Virus record (IMG/VR): IMGVR_UViG_3300013936_000013
Span: 77,246 to 141,245 of that record
Source of the DNA: a virus
Lineage: Duplodnaviria; Heunggongvirae; Uroviricota; Caudoviricetes
DNA length: 64,000 nt
Direction: 5' to 3' (one strand)
Shown here: positions 10,863 through 21,704 of the stretch, piece by piece
Layout: every line of letters starts with the position of its first letter
How positions within the stretch are numbered: the first letter of the stretch is position 1
The notes under the pieces: model-generated
Told to the model about the DNA's origin: nothing
What the model saw: the letters and a program-made list of their open reading frames with translations, nothing else
The model's database searches: none
Program-made: the position numbers and the translations under genes

Positions 10863-12038
10863 TCATTTCTTAACAATAACTACTTTATCACTTGCGCGGG
10901 TTACTGCCGTATAAAGCCATCGAGCATGTTCTACAATATTAAAAGGAAACTTCTCTTCAATAACTAAAACCTTAGGCCACTCGCTGCCTTGGGACTTGTG
11001 ACAGGTGATAGCGTACCCGAACGTAAATTCCATTGGAACGAGTCCTTTAGTCTTTTCATTCTTACTTAGTTTAAAAGCTAATTTAGAATCAATGCCTTTC
11101 TCACCAGTGAGAATCATACTCTTATCCATTGAGAGTCTACCAAAGTCCTCATTACTGTCAGAAATAAATTGAGTATTAATTGCGGGAATACTACCTCCAC
11201 CGCACCAGTAAGGTAAGTATTTTGGAGAATTAACAGTGTCATGTAAGTAACCAATAGTACCATTAGTCAATGCTCCGCCCTCATTAGAGAACGTATCCCA
11301 ATAATTTCTAAGGCAAATAACTTTATCACCATCTTCAGGCATATTTCCTCTACCAAGTAGTGACCGCATCTGGTTATTAACTGCAATGCGGGTAGCATTA
11401 GTTCCAACAAGCACCTGATCCGCCCACATAAGCATACCCGTATTTAAGTCTGCTTTGTTAAAAACTTGTACTTCATTACCATGCATTTCTACTAGAGGTT
11501 TCATTGCACGAATATCCATACTAATTCTAATAATTTCTGATTCTGCGGCTTGCCGCATAATTTCATCCAAAAAGACATGAGGGTGGTCAAGTAGATGATT
11601 ATTGCTATTAGGGTCAATAGTAGGAAGTTGAAAAGGGTCTCCCAAACAAATAACATAAATATTCTTATAACTAAAAAGCAAGTCAATTAAGTCCTTACTT
11701 GCCATAGATACTTCATCTACAACGACAAATTTATAATCAATCATGGCTTTTGGTTTCTTATAAAAAGTACCATCGCCTTTTGGAAAGCTATCATACAAGA
11801 GCTTATGCAGAGTCATTGCATTTTTATTTCCCTTTTTGTGCAATACTTCTGCGGCTTTGCCTGTAAAAGCCGTATAGACTACGTCATCTTCGTCTGCATC
11901 TAGAGCCTCAATAATAAAACGGACTAGAGTTGATTTGCCTGTGCCCGCATACCCACTGATAACAGTGAACTTTTCTCCTGCAAGATATCTATCTAGAGCA
12001 ATCTTAAGTCCTTCAAGCTGTTTTGTGGTAAGAGTCAT
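10863..12038 (-). CDS. SF1B DNA helicase (Dda/RecD-like)
   Basis: Walker A GYAGTGKST, Walker B VVVDEVSM, C-terminal helicase motifs. Confidence 0.7.
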   Translation of the reverse strand: MTLTTKQLEGLKIALDRYLAGEKFTVISGYAGTGKSTLVRFIIEALDADEDDVVYTAFTGKAAEVLHKKGNKNAMTLHKLLYDSFPKGDGTFYKKPKAMIDYKFVVVDEVSMASKDLIDLLFSYKNIYVICLGDPFQLPTIDPNSNNHLLDHPHVFLDEIMRQAAESEIIRISMDIRAMKPLVEMHGNEVQVFNKADLNTGMLMWADQVLVGTNATRIAVNNQMRSLLGRGNMPEDGDKVICLRNYWDTFSNEGGALTNGTIGYLHDTVNSPKYLPYWCGGGSIPAINTQFISDSNEDFGRLSMDKSMILTGEKGIDSKLAFKLSKNEKTKGLVPMEFTFGYAITCHKSQGSEWPKVLVIEEKFPFNIVEHARWLYTAVTRASDKVVIVKK

Positions 12039-12295
12039 TCATCTTCACCTCGAAATTCTTTATCTAAATCTGCTAGTTTCTTCTTCCAACGCCGCAATCT
12101 AACTTTCTTTGTTCTATTTCTTATACGAGTCTCTTCTTTTGACTCATTGCATTTTCTTCTCGAAAGTTCATCATCTCTGTACCCATAACCACAATGGTCA
12201 CAGTTGCCGCAAATACAAAATTCATTTTCTTTTTCAATATTTTCAATGACAGATTTTATAGCGTTTCTTCTAATTTCATATTCATTTTTATCCAT
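12035..12295 (-). CDS. small Cys-rich Zn-ribbon protein (86 aa)
   Basis: CxxC...CxxC pattern; intact ORF with GAGGT RBS. Confidence 0.5.
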   Translation of the reverse strand: MDKNEYEIRRNAIKSVIENIEKENEFCICGNCDHCGYGYRDDELSRRKCNESKEETRIRNRTKKVRLRRWKKKLADLDKEFRGEDE

Positions 12296-12339
12296 TTTTT
12301 ATACCTCTATATTATTATACTATAAAATAATAAAAAAAT

Positions 12340-12385
12340 CAAAAGTCAATTTTTGAATTGAAAAACTCTAAACTGACTTTTGATT
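12340..12385. terminator. terminator hairpin
   Basis: tcaaaagtca...tgacttttga inverted repeat. Confidence 0.55.
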
Positions 12386-12419
12386 TTAATATACGATAGA
12401 GTGCGCTACAAGCATCTCA

Positions 12420-13573
12420 TTAAAAGAAATATTTACTGCTATCAATTACTTGATAATCACTAATAATTAATTGAGGATACTTTCTACCATTCCAATTATT
12501 CTCACAACATTTACATACTGCTTCAATTTCTTTCCAGCCAGTAGTAGTAAATGCTTCAATATCTTCTTCAGTTCCTGCAAATTTAATAAGAGATAAACCA
12601 TTATTTAAAGTAATCTTAAGAGTTTGCTTTGCCATAACTGCAAAATTAGAATTGGTTACTTTAAATTTCATTACTACATAAGGACGTTCAACATCTTGAC
12701 CCCAATAACTATTCATTTCAGCAATATCAAAAATTACATTATTTTCAACCGTTGCTTCATCAAAAAGATAATCAACTTGATACATAGGTTCATGCGGATA
12801 CTCATCAATAATAGCGTCCACAGTTGCCATAAACTCATCTATACTATCTGCACGAATACCAAGACCTGCAGCATTTTCGTGTCCCTGACAATATAATGTT
12901 CCTGCGCATTGATCTAATACTTCTTTAAAATTCATTAAACCAAATTTAGTATATCCACGCATAGAACCTTCATATGAAGGAATTTTTTTACTATCTTCTG
13001 TTGTATAAATATTCTTAGTTAAAATACAACAAGGACGTTGATAAACATTAATAAATTTATTAGCAATTAAGCCACGAATTTCGGAAGGTAGCTCATTAGC
13101 ATCTTCAAGCAGGAAGAGTAAGAAGTTATGTTCATTAAGCATATCTTCTTCTTCAATTTTTTTCTTAAGGCGCTCCATGCCTGCTTCAACCGCTCTGTCT
13201 TGATGATTTTTAGTATTATTAACTGCTCTCATGGCGTTAAGAACAAGCAAATCTTCTTGCCCTTTAGCTCCTCTCTTGTTTGAAGGAACTTTATTAAATG
13301 CCTTAAAATTAAGCATTGAATTAAATAAAAGCTGTTTGTCTTCTGGTGTACCACTTCGAGTCATTGCATTGACAAAAGGAACAACAAAGAATGCAGCTCC
13401 ATATGAAGTGCAAGCTAATTCTTTTTCATAAGGGATATAATCAGTTTTAGAAAGAGGAAAACTATTTTTATCAAGCATATACTCAATAAAGGGGTTCTTG
13501 ATATTTTCTTTTCTAAAACCTTTGTTAATAAGATATTTTGTTTCAATAGATAATAGACTCATCATATCTGCGT
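12420..13573 (-). CDS. recJ: RecJ-like ssDNA exonuclease, exon 2 (DHHA1 domain, GHENAAG motif)
   Basis: DHHA1 motif CQGHENAAGLGI; proposed 3' splice site leaves exon 2 starting agacgcagatATG... so the join reads DLVALGL|DADMMSLL (cf. RecJ DLVALGTVADVVPL). Confidence 0.65.
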
Positions 13574-14645
13574 CTCGTATAGCTCCAATATTTCTATTGG
13601 TACTGACTATATTTTAATAACTTGAAAGTTATTATATCTCTTTCGGTTTTCATAGGCTTCGTTTCCTAAAACCTAGCTACATACTAATAGTAACCCTACT
13701 CCCCAGCATTTCAACCTAAGGGATAGTCGATACAGGCTTCATTATTTTATATATGTCCATGTCTCTCTTTTACAAACTCTTCTAATAGAATTTTTATTTA
13801 CAAATGGAAAATCTTTACTGATAGAACCAACTTTTTCTCCATTATCATATCTTTTTCTAATGGCTTTAACATCATTTTCAGTAAGTTTTGCTTTGTTATT
13901 GTTTTCTCCTCTATTGGCTATTGAGGAATATTCTTGTCTACTAATTTCATTTGTAGGTATTATAAACTCTTTTCCTATGTGAGGAAAACTTTTTCCTAAC
14001 CATATTTTTTCAAAAGTACCAAAAGATTTATCTGAATAATCTTGATAAACATCAATTTTTCTTTCTCCTGCAAATCTTCTTTTTCTAATTTCTAAAACTT
14101 CTTCGTTAGAAAAAACTGAATTTGGATTGTCCTCTCCTAATAAGGCTTCTCCGCCAGGAGTTAGATTATATCCAATACTCTTCTCATTTGAATGAAATTT
14201 ACTTATCCAATACTATTCTCTTTCAGATAACAAGGAAGGGTCTTCTACGTATTCTAAAATTTCTATTTCTTCAAATCTTCTATACTTTTGAATAGCTAAA
14301 TCACAAGGCGTATTATAATGATTTTTTAAACGATTTGTGTTATTATGTTCATACATTCTTCGTTTTATATCATTACTTAAACCTATATAAATTTTTCCAT
14401 TTGGAAAATTAAGTTTATAAATACCTGAGACGCCATTTTTTAATTCTTTTATTTTCATATTCATGTTTCATGTCTATCCTTTCTGACATGATACATATAT
14501 TTCATAATGATTCCCACGGTATTTTCATATCATCATAACATCATGTCATAATAACTTAAAATTCACCGTTAGCATATTATTTTATACTGTCCAAAATAAT
14601 ATACCCCGCTAGTAAACGGAAAAGATATATTAGCCCAAACACTTC
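13574..14645 (-). mobile_element. group I intron (1072 nt) interrupting recJ-like gene, carrying a GIY-YIG homing endonuclease ORF
   Basis: 5' exon ends in U (GGCCU) able to pair with intron IGS GGGCU; intron ends in G; P/Q-like elements (GCUAACGGUG...UACCGUGGGAAUC) in 5' part and R/S-like elements (CGACUAUCC ... AAAAUAUAGUCAG) in 3' part; paralogous to intron at 29084..30177. Confidence 0.65.
13742..14464 (-). CDS. GIY-YIG homing endonuclease with NUMOD-like C-terminal repeats (intron-encoded); 1 in-frame TAG
   Basis: GIYKLNFPNGKIYIGLSNDIKRRMYEH; C-terminal GENNNKAKLTENDVKAIRKRY / GEDNPNSVFSNEEVLEIRKRR repeats; ORF 14213..14464 ends in TAG and frame continues to TAA ~13742. Confidence 0.75.
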
Positions 14646-15292
14646 AGGCCTAGCGCTACAAGGTCGATATAACTATCTGCGTAATGTTGATGAATCATTT
14701 TATCAAAATATCGACAAAACTGCCAAGCAACTCCAACACCAGACAATTCTTTATTTGGATAATTACTTAATTGATTATTAATTACGATAGCATCTGTGCT
14801 AATCTTATCTGCAAGATGATGGTCTAAAATAAGCGTTTGTCCACCATATTCTTTAATAATCTGATGCTCTTTAAAATCATTAGAAGAAGAATCAGGACAG
14901 ATAACTAAATCAAATTTATTCTATTTAATATAATTGATACAATCATTTAACCCATGCTGCTTGCCATCATGCAAATAAACACTTAAACTATTAGAGACCC
15001 AAGAAGGAAAAACATCATAAAGATAATTTACAATAAGAGCACCTGAAGTATAGCCGTCACAGTCACAGTCAACTACAACTAATACAGTTCCATTTTTGTT
15101 TACAGTTTGAAGAATTGCGGCAAGTCCAGCTTTAAGATTCTCTTCCCCTAAGCCTTCAGGCGGATTAATGCAGCTGTCATCCGCATTAATATAGTTTTCT
15201 AAGTCGCTCATTTTAAGTCCTCTATTGACTAAAACCTGTTCAAGTGGGCTTAAACTAGGACTCATATATTCATTAATTAAAGTATATTTCAT
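14646..15292 (-). CDS. recJ: RecJ-like ssDNA exonuclease, exon 1 (DHH domain); 1 in-frame TAG
   Basis: DHH motifs VVVDCDCDGYTSGALI and LILDHH; reads through TAG at 14921; in-frame stop only after proposed 5' splice site. Confidence 0.65.
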
Positions 15293-16378
15293 TTATAAAA
15301 AAATCCTTTCTTGAAAGAGTTCTAAGAAAAGTTCTGGACCTTGATCTATTGGACTAGCTTTATATTCAAGACGATGTTGGGTATCAAAAATAAAAGACAT
15401 TTGGCATAAACTTTTATATTTTTCATTAATAGCTTCAAGTTTATGAGTCCATCTCTTAAAATCTTTATCTCCAATTTCTTGATACTGTCTATCAAAAGCA
15501 ATAATAATTTCAGTAACACCTAAAGATAATAGTAGATTAGCTTGATAAGAAATAAAATTACTTCCACAACAAGCTACACTAATATCATTATCTTTACCAA
15601 AATAAGAAGCATATAACAAAGTAGATTTTTCACTTTCAAACACTATTGCTTTATGAATAATCTTAATTGCTTCTTTACTATTATTTAAATTATAAAGATT
15701 AAAGCCAAGAGGATGATTGTACATTACACCATTAATAATTGCAGGGCGATATTTACCATCTGCTTCTTCTTCTTTTACCATAGTCCTCTCGCGGATTCCA
15801 ATAAGATTTCCATCAATATCATAATGAGGAATTATGATACCTTGAGCTACTGGGTCATATTTAATACCATGATATTTCATTACCTCTGTATCAATATGCT
15901 CTTGTTCCCAAGGGGTGATTCGCGGAGTAGGCAAATATTGAAGAATTTTTTCTGGATATGTTTTCAATTCAACAATTTGTTTATCATTGATGGAATTGAT
16001 TCGGCTGTAATTATTAAAGATTTCCCAATCAGGAAGTTTTTCTTGTAAATCAGAAAAATCATCATTATACAGCTCATAGCCAAAATATCTCGCTACATAA
16101 TTAATAGCTCTAGGCAAAAGCCACTCTTCATTTAGCTCGCGAGATTTAACTTTCATTACAAGCTGATAAATGTCAAATGAGTCCTCTGGACATTGAGTAT
16201 AACACTTAAAAAGATGAGTATTATTATAATAATACAGCTTATGCGAATCGCCATCATGACATATGGTTCGTGAAACAAAAGAACCATTGCCCATACGCGG
16301 ATCTCCGCCTAATTCCGCGACTAATCCAAATACTTGGTCTATTGTTAATTCATTTTTTAATGTATCTTTATCAATCAT
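15293..16378 (-). CDS. dnaG: DNA primase (DnaG-like, CHC2 zinc finger + TOPRIM)
   Basis: CHDGDSHKLYYYNNTHLFKCYTQC zinc-binding region near N-terminus; adjacent to dnaB. Confidence 0.6.
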   Translation of the reverse strand: MIDKDTLKNELTIDQVFGLVAELGGDPRMGNGSFVSRTICHDGDSHKLYYYNNTHLFKCYTQCPEDSFDIYQLVMKVKSRELNEEWLLPRAINYVARYFGYELYNDDFSDLQEKLPDWEIFNNYSRINSINDKQIVELKTYPEKILQYLPTPRITPWEQEHIDTEVMKYHGIKYDPVAQGIIIPHYDIDGNLIGIRERTMVKEEEADGKYRPAIINGVMYNHPLGFNLYNLNNSKEAIKIIHKAIVFESEKSTLLYASYFGKDNDISVACCGSNFISYQANLLLSLGVTEIIIAFDRQYQEIGDKDFKRWTHKLEAINEKYKSLCQMSFIFDTQHRLEYKASPIDQGPELFLELFQERIFL

Positions 16379-16380
16379 AA

Positions 16381-17925
16381 TTAAAATGCACTCGCTTGAA
16401 TCTTAGGATTAACATTAATCTTCAAATCTTCAATTTCAATTAGCTTATACTGAAAATCGGTCATAAAAATAGGTTCAATGCGGCAAGTGCCTCTATCTGC
16501 CCTACACCAAAGAAGAACATTCTTCCATCTACCACGACGATTTTTATATACTGAAATCTTAATTTCAGGCATCGGGATATCAGAACCTAATACAGTTTCC
16601 AATGCTTTTTCATCATCAGGTGTTGTTTGTAACATAATCATACCTACGTCAATCTTATCTGCAATAGATTTTGCTCCTCGTAGAAGATTCTGATCAGGAG
16701 TAGAGCTAGTTTGATAATCGCTATTTAACTGAGTTGCAGTCATAATGAATACACCATACTCATTGCACAAATCCTTTAACCGTACACTAATCATAAATAG
16801 AATGTTATCTTCACGCAGATTTTTGACGCCTGCTTTTGAGCTGATTTCAGACAATATCTTCAAAGAGCTATGAATGTAATCAAAAAAGATATATCTAACT
16901 CCCCATTCACGAATTGCATATTTGATACAATTTTCAATATCTTGAAGTGAAAAATCAGGCAACTTTTTAATATATAGAGGACTTTTTTCAATTAGATCTG
17001 CTGCCTTAAGGACTCTTTCTTCTTCGCCCTCGCCATACTCACCAGTTAGAATATGTTCCTCATTAACCGCAGAAAGAAAAGCTAGCATCATAGTTTGAAT
17101 TTCTTCTTCGTCCTGCTCTGTTCCAATAAATAAAGCTGGCTCTTTAGTCCCATTAGGGATCCAATCTCTTTTATTCACATCATAAATTTCATCACAAGCA
17201 ATATTACAAACATCTGCAATCATTGCACGAGTTTTACCAACGCCAGTCGCGGCAGACCGCAAGTAGAATTTCTTAAGACGAGCTCCTCGATGAATTGTAT
17301 TAACAAGAGGTCCATAAAGAGGATAGCCAATTTCTGGTGTATCTTTTAATCTCTGGATAAGATCTCTAATGCCCTCGCCCGCCTGACAAAAATCATCATC
17401 AGAATTATCTACATACTTAAGACGAATATCTGTAATCTTTTTATCAATTAAGTCTGCAATTTCATCAATAGGAGTATTATCTAACCATTCTTCCTGCTTT
17501 TGCTTTTTCTTTAAATCAAGAATATTATCAATATCATAAAGCCACTTTAAGTCCATACCAATAGATTGATACATTCTTAAAAGTGTCATTTTCTTCATCT
17601 TTTGATAATAATAATCAAAAGCAGTTATCTGAACATTATTTATAAGGTTCTGAAGATATTCAGAACCTTTATTAGTTTTATATACCGCATATTTCTTAGG
17701 ACGTTGTTCCAAATAATCTTCAATTACTGCGGGAGTGATGTCTTTCGCGCCTAACTGATGAAGATTAAAAATTGAACCAAAAAGAATTTTATGAAACTCT
17801 TCTGGGAAATCTTCTTCATAAAAAGTATATTTATCTTCCATGTCAAGCAATGATGGATTTGTATAAATACCACCAATTACTTGAACAATCGAAGGCGTGT
17901 CTACATATTTACTCATTTTCGTCAT
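16381..17925 (-). CDS. dnaB: replicative DNA helicase (DnaB family)
   Basis: Walker A SAATGVGKT, DnaB C-terminal RecA-like domain; 514 aa. Confidence 0.8.
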   Translation of the reverse strand: MTKMSKYVDTPSIVQVIGGIYTNPSLLDMEDKYTFYEEDFPEEFHKILFGSIFNLHQLGAKDITPAVIEDYLEQRPKKYAVYKTNKGSEYLQNLINNVQITAFDYYYQKMKKMTLLRMYQSIGMDLKWLYDIDNILDLKKKQKQEEWLDNTPIDEIADLIDKKITDIRLKYVDNSDDDFCQAGEGIRDLIQRLKDTPEIGYPLYGPLVNTIHRGARLKKFYLRSAATGVGKTRAMIADVCNIACDEIYDVNKRDWIPNGTKEPALFIGTEQDEEEIQTMMLAFLSAVNEEHILTGEYGEGEEERVLKAADLIEKSPLYIKKLPDFSLQDIENCIKYAIREWGVRYIFFDYIHSSLKILSEISSKAGVKNLREDNILFMISVRLKDLCNEYGVFIMTATQLNSDYQTSSTPDQNLLRGAKSIADKIDVGMIMLQTTPDDEKALETVLGSDIPMPEIKISVYKNRRGRWKNVLLWCRADRGTCRIEPIFMTDFQYKLIEIEDLKINVNPKIQASAF

Positions 17926-18418
17926 CTCCTAAATCAAAGAGTCGTGGCGGTTTTACGTAGACCCGCGGAGACCCAATTTCTATTTCTTTTGTTTTAAAAG
18001 TAGTTACTTTCTTATCAATATTGCTCATTTGCGCAAGATACAAAGCATAATAATATTCACAAGCCTGCTTATAAGCGAAAGGAATAATACCAATACCGCC
18101 ATTAGCCTTTTCTATTGAATTGTTCTTTACCTCATACCACCAAATTAATGTTTTAAGCATACCGCTATAAGTATAATTATATTTCTCTTTGTATTCATTA
18201 ATTTGTTTTCTTACTCTTGCATTTACAAATGGTTCATCAAATAATTTCATTATATATTGTTCAAGAGCTTCAAGGTCTTTTTGCTCTTGAGTTTGAACTT
18301 CTTCTTTATGCTCAGCGCATTCTGGATGAGCATATCTGCGGGCATTCACTTTTACCATAGGAACTTTATCTCTATCGACCTTTTTCCCGCAATAAAGACA
18401 AGTTACTAAATGTGCCAT
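17909..18418 (-). CDS. hypothetical Zn-binding protein (169 aa)
   Basis: N-terminal CxxC...HxxC; intact ORF. Confidence 0.45.
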   Translation of the reverse strand: MAHLVTCLYCGKKVDRDKVPMVKVNARRYAHPECAEHKEEVQTQEQKDLEALEQYIMKLFDEPFVNARVRKQINEYKEKYNYTYSGMLKTLIWWYEVKNNSIEKANGGIGIIPFAYKQACEYYYALYLAQMSNIDKKVTTFKTKEIEIGSPRVYVKPPRLFDLGDDENE

Positions 18419-18445
18419 ATCAACAACTTCTCTTTCTTATAATTC

Positions 18446-18476
18446 TTATATATTATAACATAAAATATAAAAAAAG
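18446..18476 (-). promoter_or_regulatory. conserved extended -10 promoter (TGTTATAATATATA)
   Basis: Motif copy tatatattataacataaaat followed by A-tract. Confidence 0.55.
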
Positions 18477-18505
18477 TCAAGAGGTATTTCTCCTCTTGAC
18501 TTTTA
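18474..18505. terminator. terminator hairpin
   Basis: gtcaagagg...cctcttgac inverted repeat with flanking A/T runs. Confidence 0.6.
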
Positions 18506-18508
18506 AAA

Positions 18509-19549
18509 TTAGGATTCAGTTTTTGCAAGGTCTTTCAGTTCAGTAACAATCAAATCAAGTGCTTCTGTCTGGTCACGAGAACACTGATTAACTTTCTGCC
18601 CCTTGCCCAAATACTTTTCAGTAATTTGGACGATACGTGGCTGATAATAAGATACGAACTTATCTTCAGGAATCTTTTCAATCATACCATTAACGATTTC
18701 ATTGAAAGAAGTAATCAGCTCATCAAAATCAGGAGTTTCAGTTTCCTCATAAGTATTGATTCGAGCATCAGTAAAATACTCTGTACCATCTTCAGCCATC
18801 TGCTTATCAATAGCATCTCCAATAGCCGCGACAAGACTTGGATAATTAAAATCAATTACTTCAGGAGTATATTTAAAACGAGAACCTGCCATATATCTTG
18901 GCGTACCGCGGATAAAGAGCTTAGTAACAACAGAGCCATCATCATTCTGAATTGCTCTTGAATAACCAATAATATCGCACAAACGAGATACAATATTACG
19001 AGCACGCTTATCAAGAGTAGGAACAATCTGATTAAACTCCTTACCAGTCTCATCAGTAAAGGTTTTATCAACAGCATGGCTAATCAAAACCAGACCATAG
19101 TCAAGCTGAACAATCGCACGAAGACATTCATCGAACTCTTTTGCAACCATTCCATAGCCCTTACCGAAAGGAATATCTGCGATAGAATCAACGCCAAAAC
19201 CGCCACCCTGCTCCTTAGTACGAGGAGCATTTGCACAAACATATTTTTCACAATAGTCATATGCAATATCTGCGGTATCAACGATAATAGTCTCAAATCG
19301 CTCCTTAACTGCGGGATCCTTCAGCTGACGAAGAACCTTACGGAAATCACTCCATGAGTTAATAGGCTGAGCCATTACGCCCGGAATAGCTGAATAGCCT
19401 TTCTCGAAAGCAAGAAGCAGATGATGCGGGAACTTAGTTGCAGTAGTTGTCTTACCGCTCTTAGGGTCTCCATACAGAAAGACCGAATATCCACGAAGGT
19501 CACGGCTGACCTGATGTGGAGCCAAATTAAGCAAATCAATTCCAGCCAT
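18509..19549 (-). CDS. RecA-superfamily ATPase (Sak4/AAA_24-like recombination ATPase)
   Basis: Walker A GDPKSGKTT, Walker B IIVDT; 346 aa. Confidence 0.55.
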   Translation of the reverse strand: MAGIDLLNLAPHQVSRDLRGYSVFLYGDPKSGKTTTATKFPHHLLLAFEKGYSAIPGVMAQPINSWSDFRKVLRQLKDPAVKERFETIIVDTADIAYDYCEKYVCANAPRTKEQGGGFGVDSIADIPFGKGYGMVAKEFDECLRAIVQLDYGLVLISHAVDKTFTDETGKEFNQIVPTLDKRARNIVSRLCDIIGYSRAIQNDDGSVVTKLFIRGTPRYMAGSRFKYTPEVIDFNYPSLVAAIGDAIDKQMAEDGTEYFTDARINTYEETETPDFDELITSFNEIVNGMIEKIPEDKFVSYYQPRIVQITEKYLGKGQKVNQCSRDQTEALDLIVTELKDLAKTES

Positions 19550-19567
19550 TAATATAAACCTCCAAAA

Positions 19568-20542
19568 TTAAAAATTAAAAGATGCGGTTTTTGCAGGTGC
19601 TGCTGGAGATGCAGTAGTTGCTTTATTGTCAGCAAAATTCACTGTACCACCCTTAGCGAGTGCCTGAGAAGCCTTATATTCATCACTACGCTTCTTAATT
19701 TCTGCCCAGTGAATCTCACGATCCTGACAGCCCTTCATAACCTCTTCTGCGGTAAGAACTTTCTCATCACCGTACTCATAAGGAACCTTAGCAGTGCCAG
19801 TCACAAGCCACTCACGAGATTTAGTTTCTGCAATACGAACCTGAGCTTCGCCCCAAGCAGAATCTTCACGATATTCACGCTTGATGGTCTTGCAGTTAAT
19901 ACGACCCCACAACTTAGTGAAAGTAGGATTAGCATCAGATGCATCCATGTCCATAAAGTACTCCATACCGCCCTTATTGCGAATTACAAACTCCACAGGC
20001 AAAATCTCATTGCGGAAGTTAAATACAATGCCAGAAACAGTGCAATAATCTTCCTCAATATGCTTCTCAGGATTTGCTTCGATATGACGAACCTTAGTAA
20101 TTAACATATCCATCTGAAAAGTGTTACGCTCATTCTCAGGACACAGTTCAGTTACAAAACTAACAAAGCCGCCCTCATTACGCTTTGCAGAAACTCGACT
20201 GCCATCATTAGCAATAAAATCATTCAAAGCCAGTGCAGTATCGACTTTAATCTTAAAGGCTGCATCCTTACCGCCAGCAACCCAAGTCTTATCAGGTTCA
20301 GCAATCAACTTCTCCAGAACCGCATAAGTTGCATTCTTCTTACCCTGAGAAGTAGTTGCAGTTACATAGGTAAAATGAACTGTAATAACATTCAGAGCTT
20401 CCTCATCCACAGCAATCTCCAAATCACCAGAAATAAAATCCTGACCAAAATTCTTAGACTGCTCATTCTTAACCTGCTTTACTGTCAGACTATGCTGATA
20501 AACATAACCTTCCAGATGCTCTGCATTTACACATTTACGCAT
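19568..20542 (-). CDS. hypothetical protein, possible ssDNA-binding/annealing partner of Sak4-like ATPase
   Basis: Intact 324-aa ORF next to Sak4-like gene; Ala/Pro-rich tail ending FNF; function inferred from context only. Confidence 0.3.
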   Translation of the reverse strand: MRKCVNAEHLEGYVYQHSLTVKQVKNEQSKNFGQDFISGDLEIAVDEEALNVITVHFTYVTATTSQGKKNATYAVLEKLIAEPDKTWVAGGKDAAFKIKVDTALALNDFIANDGSRVSAKRNEGGFVSFVTELCPENERNTFQMDMLITKVRHIEANPEKHIEEDYCTVSGIVFNFRNEILPVEFVIRNKGGMEYFMDMDASDANPTFTKLWGRINCKTIKREYREDSAWGEAQVRIAETKSREWLVTGTAKVPYEYGDEKVLTAEEVMKGCQDREIHWAEIKKRSDEYKASQALAKGGTVNFADNKATTASPAAPAKTASFNF

Positions 20543-20603
20543 ATATTATTTTTCTCCTTTAATTTATGTTACTTAATTATTATACACTATTTTTAATAAA
20601 ATA

Positions 20604-20969
20604 TCAACTATTATAACTCTTACCTAAATCAGTTAGAGCATACATAACAGGGTTTGCATTTTGTCTTACAACGTAACCACAAGTAATAAGTTTACGCATC
20701 GCACCAGACACTGACCGTGAACTCATAAAAAGTCCTTCACCAATTTCTTTTGTGGTCATTGCATTCTCGCAAGTCTGCATAAACTGAAGAATCTTCTGAC
20801 CAAGTTCAGTCATTTCTCCAGTATTCTTACTCTTGTCGGTTTTATTAAATTCATTCCAATAGCTTACAATATCTTCCCAATCTTCATCATTATAAATTTC
20901 GATATAGACTCCTGCTCGGTCAAAAATCTCTTTTTGAACACATTGAATAAATTTTTCTCTTTTTGTCAC
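20604..20969 (-). CDS. winged-helix (MarR-like) transcriptional regulator
   Basis: C-terminal MTTKEIGEGLFMSSRSVSGAMRKLITCGYVVRQ HTH. Confidence 0.5.
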   Translation of the reverse strand: MTKREKFIQCVQKEIFDRAGVYIEIYNDEDWEDIVSYWNEFNKTDKSKNTGEMTELGQKILQFMQTCENAMTTKEIGEGLFMSSRSVSGAMRKLITCGYVVRQNANPVMYALTDLGKSYNS

Positions 20970-20987
20970 GTTTAATAAAACCTCTTT

Positions 20988-21012
20988 TTCTTTTGATATT
21001 TTATTATATCAT
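20988..21012 (-). promoter_or_regulatory. conserved extended -10 promoter (TGATATAAT variant)
   Basis: Plus tttattatatcatattttt = minus aaaaatATGATATAATaaa. Confidence 0.5.
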
Positions 21013-21067
21013 ATTTTTAATTAAACGTCAATTAAGAGTTTTCTTTCTTAGGTTTTCTACCACAAGA

Positions 21068-21703
21068 CTAATGTTCAATACAAAAGCCACAAACCTCACA
21101 CTTAGGAACAAAATATTCTTCAGTAATTTCATTCCATTCATCTGAATATGCGGCAAGCGCATTTTTAATATCATTCATTAACTGTCTAAATTCCCAATAA
21201 GCACGAGAACAAAGACGCTGATGTGACATATCAATTAAATTACGCATATTGGTACGAACAACAACCTTAGTAGTCATACCAAGAGGAAGAATATTTGCGA
21301 CATCTTCTTTCTTTACACCCATAGCTAACATATCTTTATAGGCTTCAGAAATCTGATACATTGCATAATCATATTTTTCTTTCTGTTCTGCGGTTAAGCC
21401 TAATGGAGTAATATAATCAAAATCACCATATTGAATATAGCGAGTTGAAGATTGAAGACGAGTAGGAGCTCCTCCGATATGAGTATAAAACTCACGCATC
21501 ACTCGCGCAGAATAGCCATCAAGAATCATATATACTTGAGGATACTCCATTACGCGACCATGACCATCAGCCGCAATGGTCTTGCCGCGCTTATAATTTT
21601 TTTCATCATTATCAATAGGAGTTCCATAACAAATGCCTGCGGTTTTGCCCATAAGAGTATAAGGCTTTAAAGTAGTTTCATTCAAAATAGTAACAATTCC
21701 CAA
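21068..21703 (-). CDS. thyX: flavin-dependent thymidylate synthase
   Basis: ThyX motif RHR..SxR (HQRLCSRAYWEFR), 211 aa; TTG start with AAAGGAGGA RBS. Confidence 0.8.
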   Translation of the reverse strand: MGIVTILNETTLKPYTLMGKTAGICYGTPIDNDEKNYKRGKTIAADGHGRVMEYPQVYMILDGYSARVMREFYTHIGGAPTRLQSSTRYIQYGDFDYITPLGLTAEQKEKYDYAMYQISEAYKDMLAMGVKKEDVANILPLGMTTKVVVRTNMRNLIDMSHQRLCSRAYWEFRQLMNDIKNALAAYSDEWNEITEEYFVPKCEVCGFCIEH

Positions 21704-21704
21704 A

